DNA of 64,000 bases. It comes from an uncultured Chthonomonadaceae bacterium (GTDB lineage Bacteria; Armatimonadota; Chthonomonadetes; Chthonomonadales; Chthonomonadaceae). The stretch is from positions 64,001 to 128,000 of the forward strand of contig CAWIEK010000048.1 of assembly GCA_963835065.1 (NCBI GenBank), written 5' to 3'. The notes under the pieces were generated by a model, which ran no database searches, was not told the DNA's origin, and was given only the letters and a program-made list of their open reading frames with translations. Numbering within the stretch: position 1 is the first letter of the stretch; every line of letters starts with the position of its first letter. A program made the translations under genes and the position numbers. This document shows, in pieces, positions 9,610 through 20,355 of this stretch.

Positions 9610-12600
9610 ATGAGTTCAAAAGATCGTAAAAACCAGTCGGGTGGCAGCGCGGGCGGCGGTGGGTATGACTACCAAGCGGAGGCATACGCGCTCGTTGCCG
9701 CTAAAATATTGGCTGAAGAGACATTAATTTGGGCGGATACAGGCTGTGATCGTGTTCCTGTATCCGTTCGCGTGGAGTCCGGCACTGGCGGCGATGATCT
9801 GCGTATTTTGCTCCGTAGTGGAAAGCGAATCGAGTTGCAGGCGAAGAGTGGACTACAACGCGGCAGAGATTTGTGGGATGCTCTGCTTGCCCTTGCCCGC
9901 TCTGTCAACCATGATGCAAACACTTATGGCGTGTTGCTCACAAATGGAAGCGCAAGCGGTACGGTCAAAGACGACTTGAAAGAAGGCATTGAACGTATTG
10001 GGCGAAACTTTGAAAATCTTGATGAATTGAGTGCCATCACCCAAGACTTCAGACGCCGCCTGAAAGAGCAGAATTTAGATGCGAGTGTTATCTGCAAACG
10101 CCTGTTTATTCGTGTGTGGGATTTTACCCCCGGTTCCCCAGGTGAAGAGGCAACATTTAGTGCGCTTCGTAAGGTGATAACGCAGCCCGAACAGGCGGGT
10201 GCGGCAAGACGTACTTTCGTCAGTGATGGTTTTGACCTTATCAAACTGCGCGGGAGTAGTGACGCAACGGATTTTGTAAGGCTTCTTCATCAAGATGGCA
10301 TTGCGCTTTCGCACAAGGTAGACAATACGCTTGTTGAACATACTTCTCATGCAAATGGGATTGTGTGGGAAGAGGTCTATCGTGCATTTCTCAAGCGGGC
10401 ATTTGCGGTGTTTCCGTTTCCTAAATTCGTTGAGGCAGGCACGACAGTAGACATTGCTGTCGAGTCACGTGTGATTGCACACATAAGTAAACAAAATGAA
10501 AAGCCAGCCACATTCGCTGATAGTGTCACTGTAGAAATGAACCTGTCTGAGTTTCGTAAACAAGAGGTGTTCGAACCACACTTCGTAGCAGACACGCTGG
10601 CAGAATTGAAGACGCAAGGCAAAGCACAACATCTGGTATTGATGGGAGAAGCCGGTGATGGTAAAACCACGTTGCTTCATAAACTACTGTTGCGGTGGTG
10701 CGATGAGGGAATGACACCACTCTTCATTCGTTCGTCTGACTGGAAGTACATTACCAATCTGGAAACTTGGATAGAGAACGGCGATTATGTACGTGGTAAG
10801 GATATGCCGTCTGAGTTTGGCAAGGCATTACTGGCGCAAATACGTATGGGAAATGCTCCCGTTCTAGTAGATGGTTTTGATGAAGTCCAAGAGCGCAACA
10901 AAGCTATAGGTGAACTTGGCATGTTTGCATCTGGCGCGGGTAAGGACGCCATAATTTTAGTGACATGCCGTACATCTGTTTACCGTAATGCACTCTCCAC
11001 GTTTGCAATACGCAATTTGCATCCTTTAGAAGTAAATGACATACGTGCTTATGTTAAAGCACGTATGTCAGCGGAGGCAGATACATTCCTCGCTGCTGTT
11101 GAGAGTGACCCGCGTACAAAGGCGCTGGCAGGCAACGGGCTTATGCTTGCAATGATGACCCATCTATATTCACGCGGGCATGTTGAATTGCCGGTTTCCA
11201 AAGATGAACTGTACTACCAAATCATTGCCCTGTTTTTAGATAGTCATTCTGATCATGACAGACCATTGCGCCATCTAACAACTACGCCGCTTCAACTCAA
11301 GTTGGAGGCTTTAGAAGAAATTGCCTTCCATACTTATTTTTGCCAGCATCGTAATCAGGAGATGCAGGAACGCTATATCCGTAAATGCCTGCAACGTCTA
11401 GTAATATCAGATAAATGGAAACCTCATTCCTTTCTGACTGATGATATTTTCAACGACATACTGTTGAACAGCGGTTTATTGTTTCAGGAGCATATAGGCG
11501 AACCAATCCGTTTTTTCCACCCGACATTTCAAGAATATTTTGCAGCGCGTTTTGTTGTGTCACGTTGGGAAGAAAACGACTCCGCTTACATCACTTGGCT
11601 ACCTAACCGTAACAGCTGGCAATGGGAGGATGCGACCGCGTTTACTTGTCCGCGACAGTGTGGGGGTACATTGCCAAGTTTCCCTATAATGGCTACAACT
11701 CCCGTTTACTATGAAATGTTACTGTTAATAATTGGGATGCTGAATGATCAGGAGAAAGCAAAGCTATTTCTGTATGGGCTTGCTGATGAAATGCCATTCC
11801 TCTATGGCTGGAGCGATCCACATCAGATACCCCAACGCTACCGTGTCTGGTTTGTAACACGGGGTAGTACGCATCACAGTAATATTGAAATAAATGATGC
11901 TACTAATACAATCCCGCTCCAGTACGACCCTAATCCTGTTAGCTATGTTGAATTATTCACACTACATGATCATATCCAGACACATCTGCATTTTGTATGT
12001 TCTGCTCTCAGCCGCACTATATTTTGCTTTCCTAACCTCTTTTTCAATGTGTACATAGGATTAGAGTTGGTGTCATGGCGACAGGATAGAACGAAAGCTC
12101 TGGCGACGATTGCACAGGCGCGCAACAAGCAGATGCGCGATGCAGCAGTTGCTTCTTATGCGACAATTCTTAGCAGTCAAGATTTACCTGAACAATCATT
12201 GGCTTGTGTGGCACAGGCATTGGGTAAAAGCGAAAATGAGCAAGCGATTACGCTGTTGTTGAAGACATTTATGGATCACCACGAAAATGATGCATTTTGT
12301 AGGATCGTGGCACAAGGGTTAGCCGAGAGTAGCAATGAGCAAGTGTTTATAGCAATGCGAGGTGTATTGGAGGACAGGAAAGAAAACTACGAGTGCCGTA
12401 TCAGGGCACTACATACTCTTGTTAAGATTGATAGTGAACGATCCTCTCCAATTTTGTTGCAAATTTTGCAGAACAATGCAGATGATACACACATTCGCCA
12501 TTTCGCAGCAGAGGGACTGAGCCACAGTAGTTGTGAAGAGGCGGTCGGAGTTTTGACTGATATACTGCAAGATATAGAGGAAGATTTAGGTATCCGTCAC

Positions 12601-13071
12601 GAGGCAGCACATGGCTTAGGTGAGATCGGTAGCAATCAATCTCTCGCAGCATTACGTGGTCTGCTACAAAGCGATAAATCGGATAGAGATATAGACTTTA
12701 CGGCTGCATATTCGCTTGCCCAAGTAGGTGATAGACAAGGTGTCAACGCATTGTTGGAGTTGCTGCACGATGACAGTATCAACGATGTCCATCGTGGGAG
12801 TGCTGCATGGGCGTTGGGCTTATTTGGGGATAGACAGGTATTAACAATTTTACAAAGTGTACTTTGGAACCAGCAAGAAGAGGAGGAAGTTCATCATTGG
12901 GCCATTGAGGGTTTGTGTTACAATGGTAGTGAGCAGTCACAAGAAATATTACTTAACATATTATGTAGTATCCAAGCAAGCGAGAAGGACAGAGAAGTTG
13001 CAGCATGGGCATTAGGGGAAAGCGGCAACGAACAAATAGTGCCAGTTTTACACCAGTTGTTAAAAAATTAA
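9610..13071 (+). CDS. NLR-like protein: N-terminal PD-(D/E)xK-like nuclease, NACHT NTPase, HEAT repeats
   Basis: GYDYQ...DDL...ELQAK N-terminal domain; Walker A GEAGDGKT; Walker B VLVDGFDE; ILVTCR; FFHPTFQEYFAA; repeated AAxALGxxG HEAT units. Visibly AT-richer than its flanks. Confidence 0.88.
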   Translation: MSSKDRKNQSGGSAGGGGYDYQAEAYALVAAKILAEETLIWADTGCDRVPVSVRVESGTGGDDLRILLRSGKRIELQAKSGLQRGRDLWDALLALARSVNHDANTYGVLLTNGSASGTVKDDLKEGIERIGRNFENLDELSAITQDFRRRLKEQNLDASVICKRLFIRVWDFTPGSPGEEATFSALRKVITQPEQAGAARRTFVSDGFDLIKLRGSSDATDFVRLLHQDGIALSHKVDNTLVEHTSHANGIVWEEVYRAFLKRAFAVFPFPKFVEAGTTVDIAVESRVIAHISKQNEKPATFADSVTVEMNLSEFRKQEVFEPHFVADTLAELKTQGKAQHLVLMGEAGDGKTTLLHKLLLRWCDEGMTPLFIRSSDWKYITNLETWIENGDYVRGKDMPSEFGKALLAQIRMGNAPVLVDGFDEVQERNKAIGELGMFASGAGKDAIILVTCRTSVYRNALSTFAIRNLHPLEVNDIRAYVKARMSAEADTFLAAVESDPRTKALAGNGLMLAMMTHLYSRGHVELPVSKDELYYQIIALFLDSHSDHDRPLRHLTTTPLQLKLEALEEIAFHTYFCQHRNQEMQERYIRKCLQRLVISDKWKPHSFLTDDIFNDILLNSGLLFQEHIGEPIRFFHPTFQEYFAARFVVSRWEENDSAYITWLPNRNSWQWEDATAFTCPRQCGGTLPSFPIMATTPVYYEMLLLIIGMLNDQEKAKLFLYGLADEMPFLYGWSDPHQIPQRYRVWFVTRGSTHHSNIEINDATNTIPLQYDPNPVSYVELFTLHDHIQTHLHFVCSALSRTIFCFPNLFFNVYIGLELVSWRQDRTKALATIAQARNKQMRDAAVASYATILSSQDLPEQSLACVAQALGKSENEQAITLLLKTFMDHHENDAFCRIVAQGLAESSNEQVFIAMRGVLEDRKENYECRIRALHTLVKIDSERSSPILLQILQNNADDTHIRHFAAEGLSHSSCEEAVGVLTDILQDIEEDLGIRHEAAHGLGEIGSNQSLAALRGLLQSDKSDRDIDFTAAYSLAQVGDRQGVNALLELLHDDSINDVHRGSAAWALGLFGDRQVLTILQSVLWNQQEEEEVHHWAIEGLCYNGSEQSQEILLNILCSIQASEKDREVAAWALGESGNEQIVPVLHQLLKN

Positions 13072-13460
13072 AATGATAACATCGGAGATGCATCAACAGA
13101 GTAGAGGCACTGGCTCATATTGGTAGCAAGTCTGCCGTTGACATACTGAACGATTTGTTCCAAGACGAGAATATTGCTTGGTCGTTACGACATACGGCCT
13201 TATGGCATTTATGGCGGCTCGGCATTCAAGACGCTATGCAGGCGTTAAAAGCATATATAGAGGCCGAAGGTATGGACATAGCTACAAGAAAAACACACAT
13301 GAAAACACTTGTGGAAAATTATGCTTTATACTAATTTAGCAGATACGATACAACAGAATAATGGTTGTCCTGCCAGCAACTGAAGGTACTTGTATGAGCA
13401 ATGCGAATTTAACTCTGAGCAGCACAACGTGAAGACTATATTCTTCATCAGGAGAGGCGA

Positions 13461-15163
13461 GTGAATGCAAGAATTGGCGCCTTTTTGTCTGGTTTTCTCC
13501 CGCCATTGCTTCTGTTATATTTATCTTTGGCAGCACGGCGGGCGGGCAGGGAGAGGCAGTACAGGCGGGCAGTCCGGCAAAACTTCAACCGCAAAACGCG
13601 CGCCTTGCCTATACCCTCGGCGCGGGCGGACTTGACACGCTTGTTTATAATGGACAAGCGCTGTTGCCGCAAGTTGAGAACGGCCTGCTTCGCGTTGCCG
13701 CCGACCCGGTTTTTCGACGCGCAGACGGCAGCATGTATACCCTTGCGAGTTATACGCCCGTCCGAACCGCCGTAGACGCTGCGCGGCGAACCGTTACGCT
13801 TACTTATGTGTGGGGGGCGATTTCCTGCGCGTATAGTGGCAAGGACGACCGGCTGAATTTCGCGCTCACCCTCCACAACGCCACGCCGGATACCCTGACG
13901 CGCCTGAGCCTGCAAATTCTTCAGCCGGTCTTCCCCACTGTGCCGCAAACTTCCGAACTGGACGCGGGCATGTTCGGCATGGGCGGCGGTTTGCGCCCCC
14001 TCCACGCTTATCCGCTGACGGCCAATCCTCGCGCCGCGCCGCCGCTTTGCCTTGTGGATTACGGCACGGGCGCGCTGGCCTTTTGCAGCGACAACCCGGC
14101 TTCACTCGCGGTTGTGAGCATACCCTACACGACCAATCCGCCCGCTAAAACGCAGTATCCGTTGTGGGTCACGCCGGATGCGATTGCGCCGGGGGCGGGG
14201 GCGCATATCGCCCTTTCCCTGCGGTTCGGGCCGGGTGGCGCAACGGCGAACCTGCTGGCGGGGGATGTTCTTCGTAAATATGCCACTGCGTTTCCGTTTC
14301 AAGTCCATTGGGAGGATCGCCGACCTATCGGAACGCTGTTTTTGTCGAGCGTGGGGCCGCATCCGGCTGCCAATCCGCGCGGCTGGTTCAACAATGACAG
14401 GGATGTGGACGTAACCACGCCGCAGGGTTTGGCAAACTTCCGGCAGAAATTGCTCAAGTATGCCGACGACAGCATCAAAATTCTGAAAGGCATGAACGCG
14501 CAGGGCATGATTACCTGGGACCCGGAGGGGCAGGAGTTCGGGCAGGTCACGTACTACGGCGACCCGCGCCTGGCAAGCCGTTTAGCGCCTGAAACCGAGT
14601 ACAAAGGCGCGGGCATTGCAGGCTGCATGGACGAGTTCTTTCAGAAGTTCCGGGCTGCCGACCTGCGCGTCGGCGTGTGCGTCCGCCCGCAGGAGATCGT
14701 CTTCGATGGCAATACTCCCCGCCAAACCGATTCCGAAAACCCCACTGCCACGCTAAAGCGCAAAATCGCGTATGCCCGCAAGCGCTGGAATTGTACGCTG
14801 TTTTATGTGGATTCAACCGTAAAAGGCGACGCGGCTCTGGATGCGGATGTGTTTCGGCAACTCGGCGCGGCGTTTCCCGATGTTCTGCTGATGCCCGAAA
14901 ACGAAACCCTGCGCTATTTCGCCTACTCCGCGCCCTTAAACTCTTTCCAGCACCACAAAGTAACGTCCACGCCACCCGGCGCGCGCATGGTATACCTTCA
15001 TGCCTTCAGCGTTTTGCTGGCGGGCGAGGGGGATGTGAACGCGCATCGCGCCGAACTCGTGGCGGCAGTGCGGCGCGGCGACATTCTGCTTTTTCACGGC
15101 TGGTGGCCCAACCCCAACAACGCCCTCATCAAAAGCATTTATGAGGAAGCGCGCAACCCCTAG
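13461..15163 (+). CDS. Secreted hypothetical protein, possibly glycoside-hydrolase-like (probable N-terminal frameshift)
   Basis: Signal-peptide-like start at 13461 is in a different frame from the 499 aa body (13664..15163), which has TWDPEG, FYVDS and MPEN acidic motifs. Confidence 0.55.
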
Positions 15164-15174
15164 CGGCAACAGCG

Positions 15175-15540
15175 TCATTTGCGCTTCTTGCCCTGGTTCC
15201 GCTTTTCTCCCAACCCGCTTAAAACCTTCGACACCATCAGTTTGGGCGGGCGCTTATGGGGCAGCGAACCCGGCGCGGCTTCCAGCAGATAGTCAATGCG
15301 CGTGGCGCGGTAGCGGGCGAGAAGCTGCGCGGCATCCATTTCAGGAAGTTCCAAAACGTTGTCGCGCAGGGCGCAGGCGGCGGTTTCCAATCCGGCGGCA
15401 ACCCCGAAAAGCACATTCCGCTTCATCATGTCCTTGTTCTTCGCGCCTTCTTTGCGCAGCGTTTCCGCCAGTTCGTCCAGCAAACGCGCTTGCGCCTGCT
15501 TATTGTTATTATTGCTTTCGGCAGGAGGTTGATCGCTCAT
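15175..15540 (-). CDS. Hypothetical protein
   Basis: ORF with gagga RBS before MSDQPP. Confidence 0.55.
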   Translation of the reverse strand: MSDQPPAESNNNNKQAQARLLDELAETLRKEGAKNKDMMKRNVLFGVAAGLETAACALRDNVLELPEMDAAQLLARYRATRIDYLLEAAPGSLPHKRPPKLMVSKVLSGLGEKRNQGKKRK

Positions 15541-15666
15541 AAAAGTATCCTCTGTTGTCTTGAACGAAGTTCGCACGAAATTAAGTAAAGGATGGTAATA
15601 TACAGTAAGACAAAATTTTAAGATTGTTATTTTACTCGTTTGTGCTTCCTGAAAAGGAGAAACCTT

Positions 15667-16152
15667 ATGGCAGCCGTTCCTGATTTAGATTTTGGCGGCA
15701 AGCGCGCCGAGGGCGTTCCCGGTGGCGAACGCATTCTCGTCGTAGATGACGAGCGGCATATCGTGCGGCTGGTTCAGGTCAATCTGGAACGCGCCGGTTA
15801 CAAAATCGTCACCGCGTTCGATGGCCGCGAAGCGCTGGAAAAGGTGGAGTCTGAACATCCCGATCTGGTGATACTGGATGTGATGATGCCATACGTAGAC
15901 GGCTTTGAAGTGCTGCAAACCCTGCGCAAAAACCCGGCTACGCAGCATCTGCCCGTGATTATGCTGACGGCCAAAGCGCAGGACGCCGACATTTTCCGGG
16001 GCTGGCAGTCCGGCGTAGACAGTTACCTGACCAAGCCGTTCAATCCGATGGAATTGCTGGGCTTCGTGCGGCGCATTCTGGACATCAGCCGAGGCAATGA
16101 CAATAGCCCCGCTCCCGCAGGCGCTCCTCTTGCCCCGGCTGCGCCAATGTAA
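15667..16152 (+). CDS. Single-domain response regulator (receiver)
   Basis: ILVVDDE, DLVILDVMMP, MLTAK, YLTKPF; no output domain. Confidence 0.95.
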   Translation: MAAVPDLDFGGKRAEGVPGGERILVVDDERHIVRLVQVNLERAGYKIVTAFDGREALEKVESEHPDLVILDVMMPYVDGFEVLQTLRKNPATQHLPVIMLTAKAQDADIFRGWQSGVDSYLTKPFNPMELLGFVRRILDISRGNDNSPAPAGAPLAPAAPM

Positions 16153-16313
16153 ACGCGAACTGCCTGTCGATACCGCAGCCGTATATTCGGCTGAAATTAT
16201 CCTACCGGAACGCGATTTCGGAAAAATCGGGCAGGAGGCGGGGCAGGAAAAGCCGAACTGTTACCCCTGACGAGCCTGACTCGCAATCACCTGACAGGAG
16301 GAACCTTCCCGCA

Positions 16314-17372
16314 ATGACTGCCGGAAACATTACCAAAGACAAAATCCGCGTGGGCCTTATCGGCTGCGGAGGCATTTCCAAATCCCATCTGCCCCATTTG
16401 TCCAAATCCGAAGACGTGGAACTCGCCGCGTTTTGCGATGTGGTCGTGGAGCGCGCGCAAAAACGCGCAGAAGAATACGGCGGCAACGTGTACGACGATG
16501 CGGCCAAAATGCTGGCAGCCGAAAAACTGGACGCCGCGTACATCCTGATTCCCACGTATGCGCACGGCGCTCCCGAACGCGCGTGTATCGCGGCGGGCAT
16601 CCCGTTTCTCGTGGAAAAGCCGCTGCACATTGATCCCAACGATCTGCGCAAGCTGTCCAAAGAAGTGGAAGCGTCCGGCCTGATTACCGTCGCCGGGTTT
16701 ATGAACCGCTACCGCAAATCCGTCAGCCGCGTCAAAGAGATTCTTGGCAGCGATCCGCCCATTCTGATGGACGGCGCGTGGGTCAGCGGCCCGCCCGTGA
16801 AAAAGGAAGGCGATTACTTCGCCAACAATCCCATCGGGCAGTGGTGGCCCGTCAAGGAAAAAAGCGGCGGGCAGTTCGTGGAGCAAGTGATCCACACGGT
16901 TGACCTCGTCCGCTATCTGGGCGGCGAAGTGACGGAAGTATCGGCGTTCGCGGCGCGGGGCTTCAACCAGAAACTGCCCAACATCGTGGACAACTACACC
17001 AACGACGACGCGATGGTCGTGTCCGTGAAATTCGCGCATGGCGGGGTGGGCAACATCTTCGCCTCCTGTTCCACGCCCGCGGGCGGCGGCGTGTTTCTCA
17101 ACGTGTGGGCGGGCCAGCACACGGCCAAGTTCACCGATTGGGCGCACCACGTCAGCATCTACACCGCCGGGGAAAAAGAACCCGAAACCATCAAGGGCGA
17201 CATTGACGACATTTTCCCCGCCGAGGATCGCGTCTTCATTGACGCCGTGAAAACCGGCGACCGCTCCAAAATCAAATCCACCTACATGGATGGGGCCAAA
17301 ACCACCCTGCTCTGCCTCGCCGCTAATGAGAGTTTGGAAACGGGTGGCCCGGTCAAAGTGCAATACGAATAA
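16314..17372 (+). CDS. Gfo/Idh/MocA family oxidoreductase
   Basis: GLIGCGGI, VEKP, GGQFVEQVIHTVD. Confidence 0.93.
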   Translation: MTAGNITKDKIRVGLIGCGGISKSHLPHLSKSEDVELAAFCDVVVERAQKRAEEYGGNVYDDAAKMLAAEKLDAAYILIPTYAHGAPERACIAAGIPFLVEKPLHIDPNDLRKLSKEVEASGLITVAGFMNRYRKSVSRVKEILGSDPPILMDGAWVSGPPVKKEGDYFANNPIGQWWPVKEKSGGQFVEQVIHTVDLVRYLGGEVTEVSAFAARGFNQKLPNIVDNYTNDDAMVVSVKFAHGGVGNIFASCSTPAGGGVFLNVWAGQHTAKFTDWAHHVSIYTAGEKEPETIKGDIDDIFPAEDRVFIDAVKTGDRSKIKSTYMDGAKTTLLCLAANESLETGGPVKVQYE

Positions 17373-17377
17373 AAACC

Positions 17378-17671
17378 GCTTTCACCACAGAGGCACAGAG
17401 ACACAGAGGAGTCACAGAGGGAAAGAAACGGAGAAAGGAGAGTGGAGAACCGCGAAACACACGAAATAAACGAAAAAAGAACAAAGTGAAGGAAAAAGAA
17501 TGGAAAACATCCTGCAAAGTGGCTGTTCCTCTTTGCTAACTTTGCCTCTTTGCGGTTCTTTTTGTTTTCCTTTTTTCGTTTTGGTTCGTGTCTTTCGCGG
17601 TTCCCGCTCACTCCTCTTTCTTCCGTTCTTCTCTGTGACCCCTCTGTGTCTCTGTGCCTCTGTGGTGAAAG
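17378..17671. repeat. About 295-bp nested palindromic element between convergent genes
   Basis: Outer arms ctttcaccacagaggcacagagacacagagg / cctctgtgtctctgtgcctctgtggtgaaag. Inner arms gaaccgcgaaacacacgaa / ttcgtgtctttcgcggttc. Confidence 0.92.
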
Positions 17672-17674
17672 TTC

Positions 17675-18712
17675 TTACAGTTCTACTTTCACGAACTGCT
17701 TCGTCTCACTGGATTTCAGGCAGGCGAGGATGATGGCGAGGGCTTTGCGGCCTTCGTCGCCGCTGATGACCGGGGGCGTGTTGGTCAGGATGCTTTCGAC
17801 GAAGGCACGAATGACGCCCGTGTCGCTTTGCCCGCCGCCTTCATTGGTTTGCAGCGCCCCCACCTCGAAATACTGCTTTTCGCCCGTTTTCAGGAAGCAG
17901 GTCACGGTGAAACGGGGATCGGCTCCGATGCGAATGTGTCCCTTGCTGCCGAAGATAAAGGTGGCGTTGTCCTCGCCGGGATAGTGCGTCCACGAGGCCG
18001 TCAGGGTTCCGACTGCGCCGGTTTGCGATTTCAGCAGGCACACGGCGTTGTCGTCCACGTCGCCCATCGGCTTTTCCAGATGCTCCACCATCGAAGCCAC
18101 TTCCACGATCTCCTCGCCCAGCAGCCAGCGTATCAAATCCGCCTTGTGAACGCCCAAATCGCCCATTGTGCCGACGAACGCCTGCTTTTTGTCGAAGAAC
18201 CAGCCCGTCGCGCCCTCGATGCTCCAGCTTTCCGGGCCGGGGTGCGAGAAACTGGTGCGGAAACTGATGATTTTACCGATTGTGCCGTTGGAAATCAGTT
18301 CTTTGGCCTTGATGTGCAGGGGCGCGAGACGCTGATTGTGCCCGATCATCAGGAATTTGCCTGCCGCCTGCGCCGCCGAAATCATGGCTTTGGCTTCTTC
18401 CGCCGAGGTTGCCATCGGTTTTTCGCACAGGACGTGCTTGCCCGCCTGCAACGCGGCGATTGTCAGGGGCGCGTGGAAAGCGTTGGGCGTACACACGCTT
18501 ACGGCGTCAATGTCTTTGATGCCGATGATGTCTTCGGCCTTGCTGTAGGCTTTGGCGTCGTACTTTTTGGCGAGTTTTTCCGCCCGCTCCGGTACGCGGT
18601 CGGCAAACGCGACGATTTCCACATCGGGGTTGAGGGCGTATTCGGGGGCATGGCGGTGCGTGGCGATGCTGCCGCTGCCGATGATGCCCACGCGGAGTTT
18701 CTTGTCTGGCAT
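17675..18712 (-). CDS. Gfo/Idh/MocA family oxidoreductase
   Basis: GIIGSGSIA, HVLCEKPMA, GDLGVHKADL. Confidence 0.93.
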   Translation of the reverse strand: MPDKKLRVGIIGSGSIATHRHAPEYALNPDVEIVAFADRVPERAEKLAKKYDAKAYSKAEDIIGIKDIDAVSVCTPNAFHAPLTIAALQAGKHVLCEKPMATSAEEAKAMISAAQAAGKFLMIGHNQRLAPLHIKAKELISNGTIGKIISFRTSFSHPGPESWSIEGATGWFFDKKQAFVGTMGDLGVHKADLIRWLLGEEIVEVASMVEHLEKPMGDVDDNAVCLLKSQTGAVGTLTASWTHYPGEDNATFIFGSKGHIRIGADPRFTVTCFLKTGEKQYFEVGALQTNEGGGQSDTGVIRAFVESILTNTPPVISGDEGRKALAIILACLKSSETKQFVKVEL

Positions 18713-19107
18713 AAAATTCATCCTTCGTCGTTGAGATTGAGCGCTGTCGAGACTGGTGATTGGGAAATGGAAACCCGTTTGGCGCAAACGCGGTAAACCG
18801 GCCGCGTTTGCAGGCTGTACAGGCAATTCTCCACACGCCGGCGCAGTTCCTCCCTAATTTCTGCCTTAAAGCGCATTGTCAGATTTAAAGCGTTCATGCT
18901 GGCCCCGTCTGCCGAAGATTGAAAATCCTTAGGTTCTGTAAATCAATAACTTCCCGAACCAGCGGGAATCTCGACCTTTGCAAGCGGGAAATGAGGAAAG
19001 CAAAGGATGAGGGATGAAGTGACCTACTCCCCAAAGAGTAGGAGGAAGAAACAGCATAGGACGCGAATCCTGATTGCACATAACATTTATCGCGCTGGAG
19101 TAACACC

Positions 19108-20133
19108 GTGCCCGATTATCCGCATCACCGCCATTTACAACTGACAAACTTCACTGTATTTCAGGAAGCGGCCTTCGAGTTTTCGCATAGCGTCAATGCG
19201 TTCATTGGGGAGAACGGGTCGGGAAAGACGCATCTGCTCAAAGCCATGTACGCTTATCAGCGCCCGCCGTCGCGTGAAGTGCCCGATGTCAGCACAGCCC
19301 TGAAGCAACTCTTTCAAACCAACCATTTAGGTGACGTGTTGCGTTCCTCCGCAAAGCGGGGGCGAATATGGAGGTACGCGGCCTTTACGGTGAGAGCGAA
19401 TGGAAGTATGATTATGGAAGCAGCCCTTATCTTGAGGAACAGTTTACGTCACGTAAGCCGAATATGGCGCGTCCCGTGTTCATCCCGGCAATGGATATGC
19501 TGGGGCATACGCTTCAATTCAATCAAGCGTACAATCAGGCGTACCTCGACTTCGACCTGACCTGCTACGATATTGTCACGCTGTTTACGCTGGAAAACAA
19601 GACGGACGTACCGCCGTCAGAACGCGATTCAGCGTTGACCAATCTGTTGGGAGGAAATTTAGAGCTTGAGGAAGGGCGATTTTATCTGCGAACGGCAAAA
19701 GGACAGCAGGCCATGCCGATGGTCGCGGAAGGCATTCGTAAACTTGCTTCGCTGGTGCGCTTGCAGCGCAATGGCTGGCTTGGGCCGGGAACCACGCTGT
19801 TTTGGGACGAGCCGGAAACCAACCTGAACCCTGTCCTGATGGATGAACTGATTGGCGCGATACTCGGTTTGGCGCGGCAAGGCGTTCAAGTTTTCCTTAC
19901 GACGCACAGTTACGTGACGACGCACAGTTACGTGATTCTCAAGGAACTGGATTTACAGGCAACCCCACAAGACCGCGTCCGCTTTCTTCAGCCTGAAAGC
20001 AGACAAAGCGGGTACGCAAGTCATGTCCTCAGACAATTTCACGACCCTTGAGCCTAACGCCATCCTTCAGCAATACGGGTCGCTATATGACCGTGATATT
20101 CGACGCGCTTCGGGAAGGAATGGCCGCCCGTGA
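19108..20133 (+). pseudogene. AAA_21/AAA_15-type ABC-like ATPase (defence/TA-associated), frameshifted
   Basis: Walker A GENGSGKT, signature-like AEGIRKL, Walker B LFWDEPE, TTHS. Split over three frames, with an 18-bp duplication. Confidence 0.8.
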
Positions 20134-20273
20134 AAATATGCATGGAAGGCGACATTGAGTTTGACTTGCAAGTAGTGAACACCGCAGGCAGGCTGAACAT
20201 TGCGACTTACGTGATGCCCCTGGATGGCTGGAACGCTGTTTTTGACTACTTTCCAGCGCAAAAAAGACGCTAA
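20130..20273 (+). pseudogene. Short, probably internally deleted partner gene of the ATPase
   Basis: GTGA overlap with the ATPase stop; 47 aa MKICMEGDIEFDLQ...FDYFPAQKRR. Confidence 0.4.
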
Positions 20274-20355
20274 AATATGTAACACTGCTGACAACAGGTT
20301 CCATGGGAAACCTTTCGATAAGAATAAGACGAACATACATTAGGAGCGCAGCGCA

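Noticed and set aside
17378..17671. CRISPR array
   Set aside because: The repeats are inverted and short-period, with no repeat-spacer structure and no cas genes in the window.
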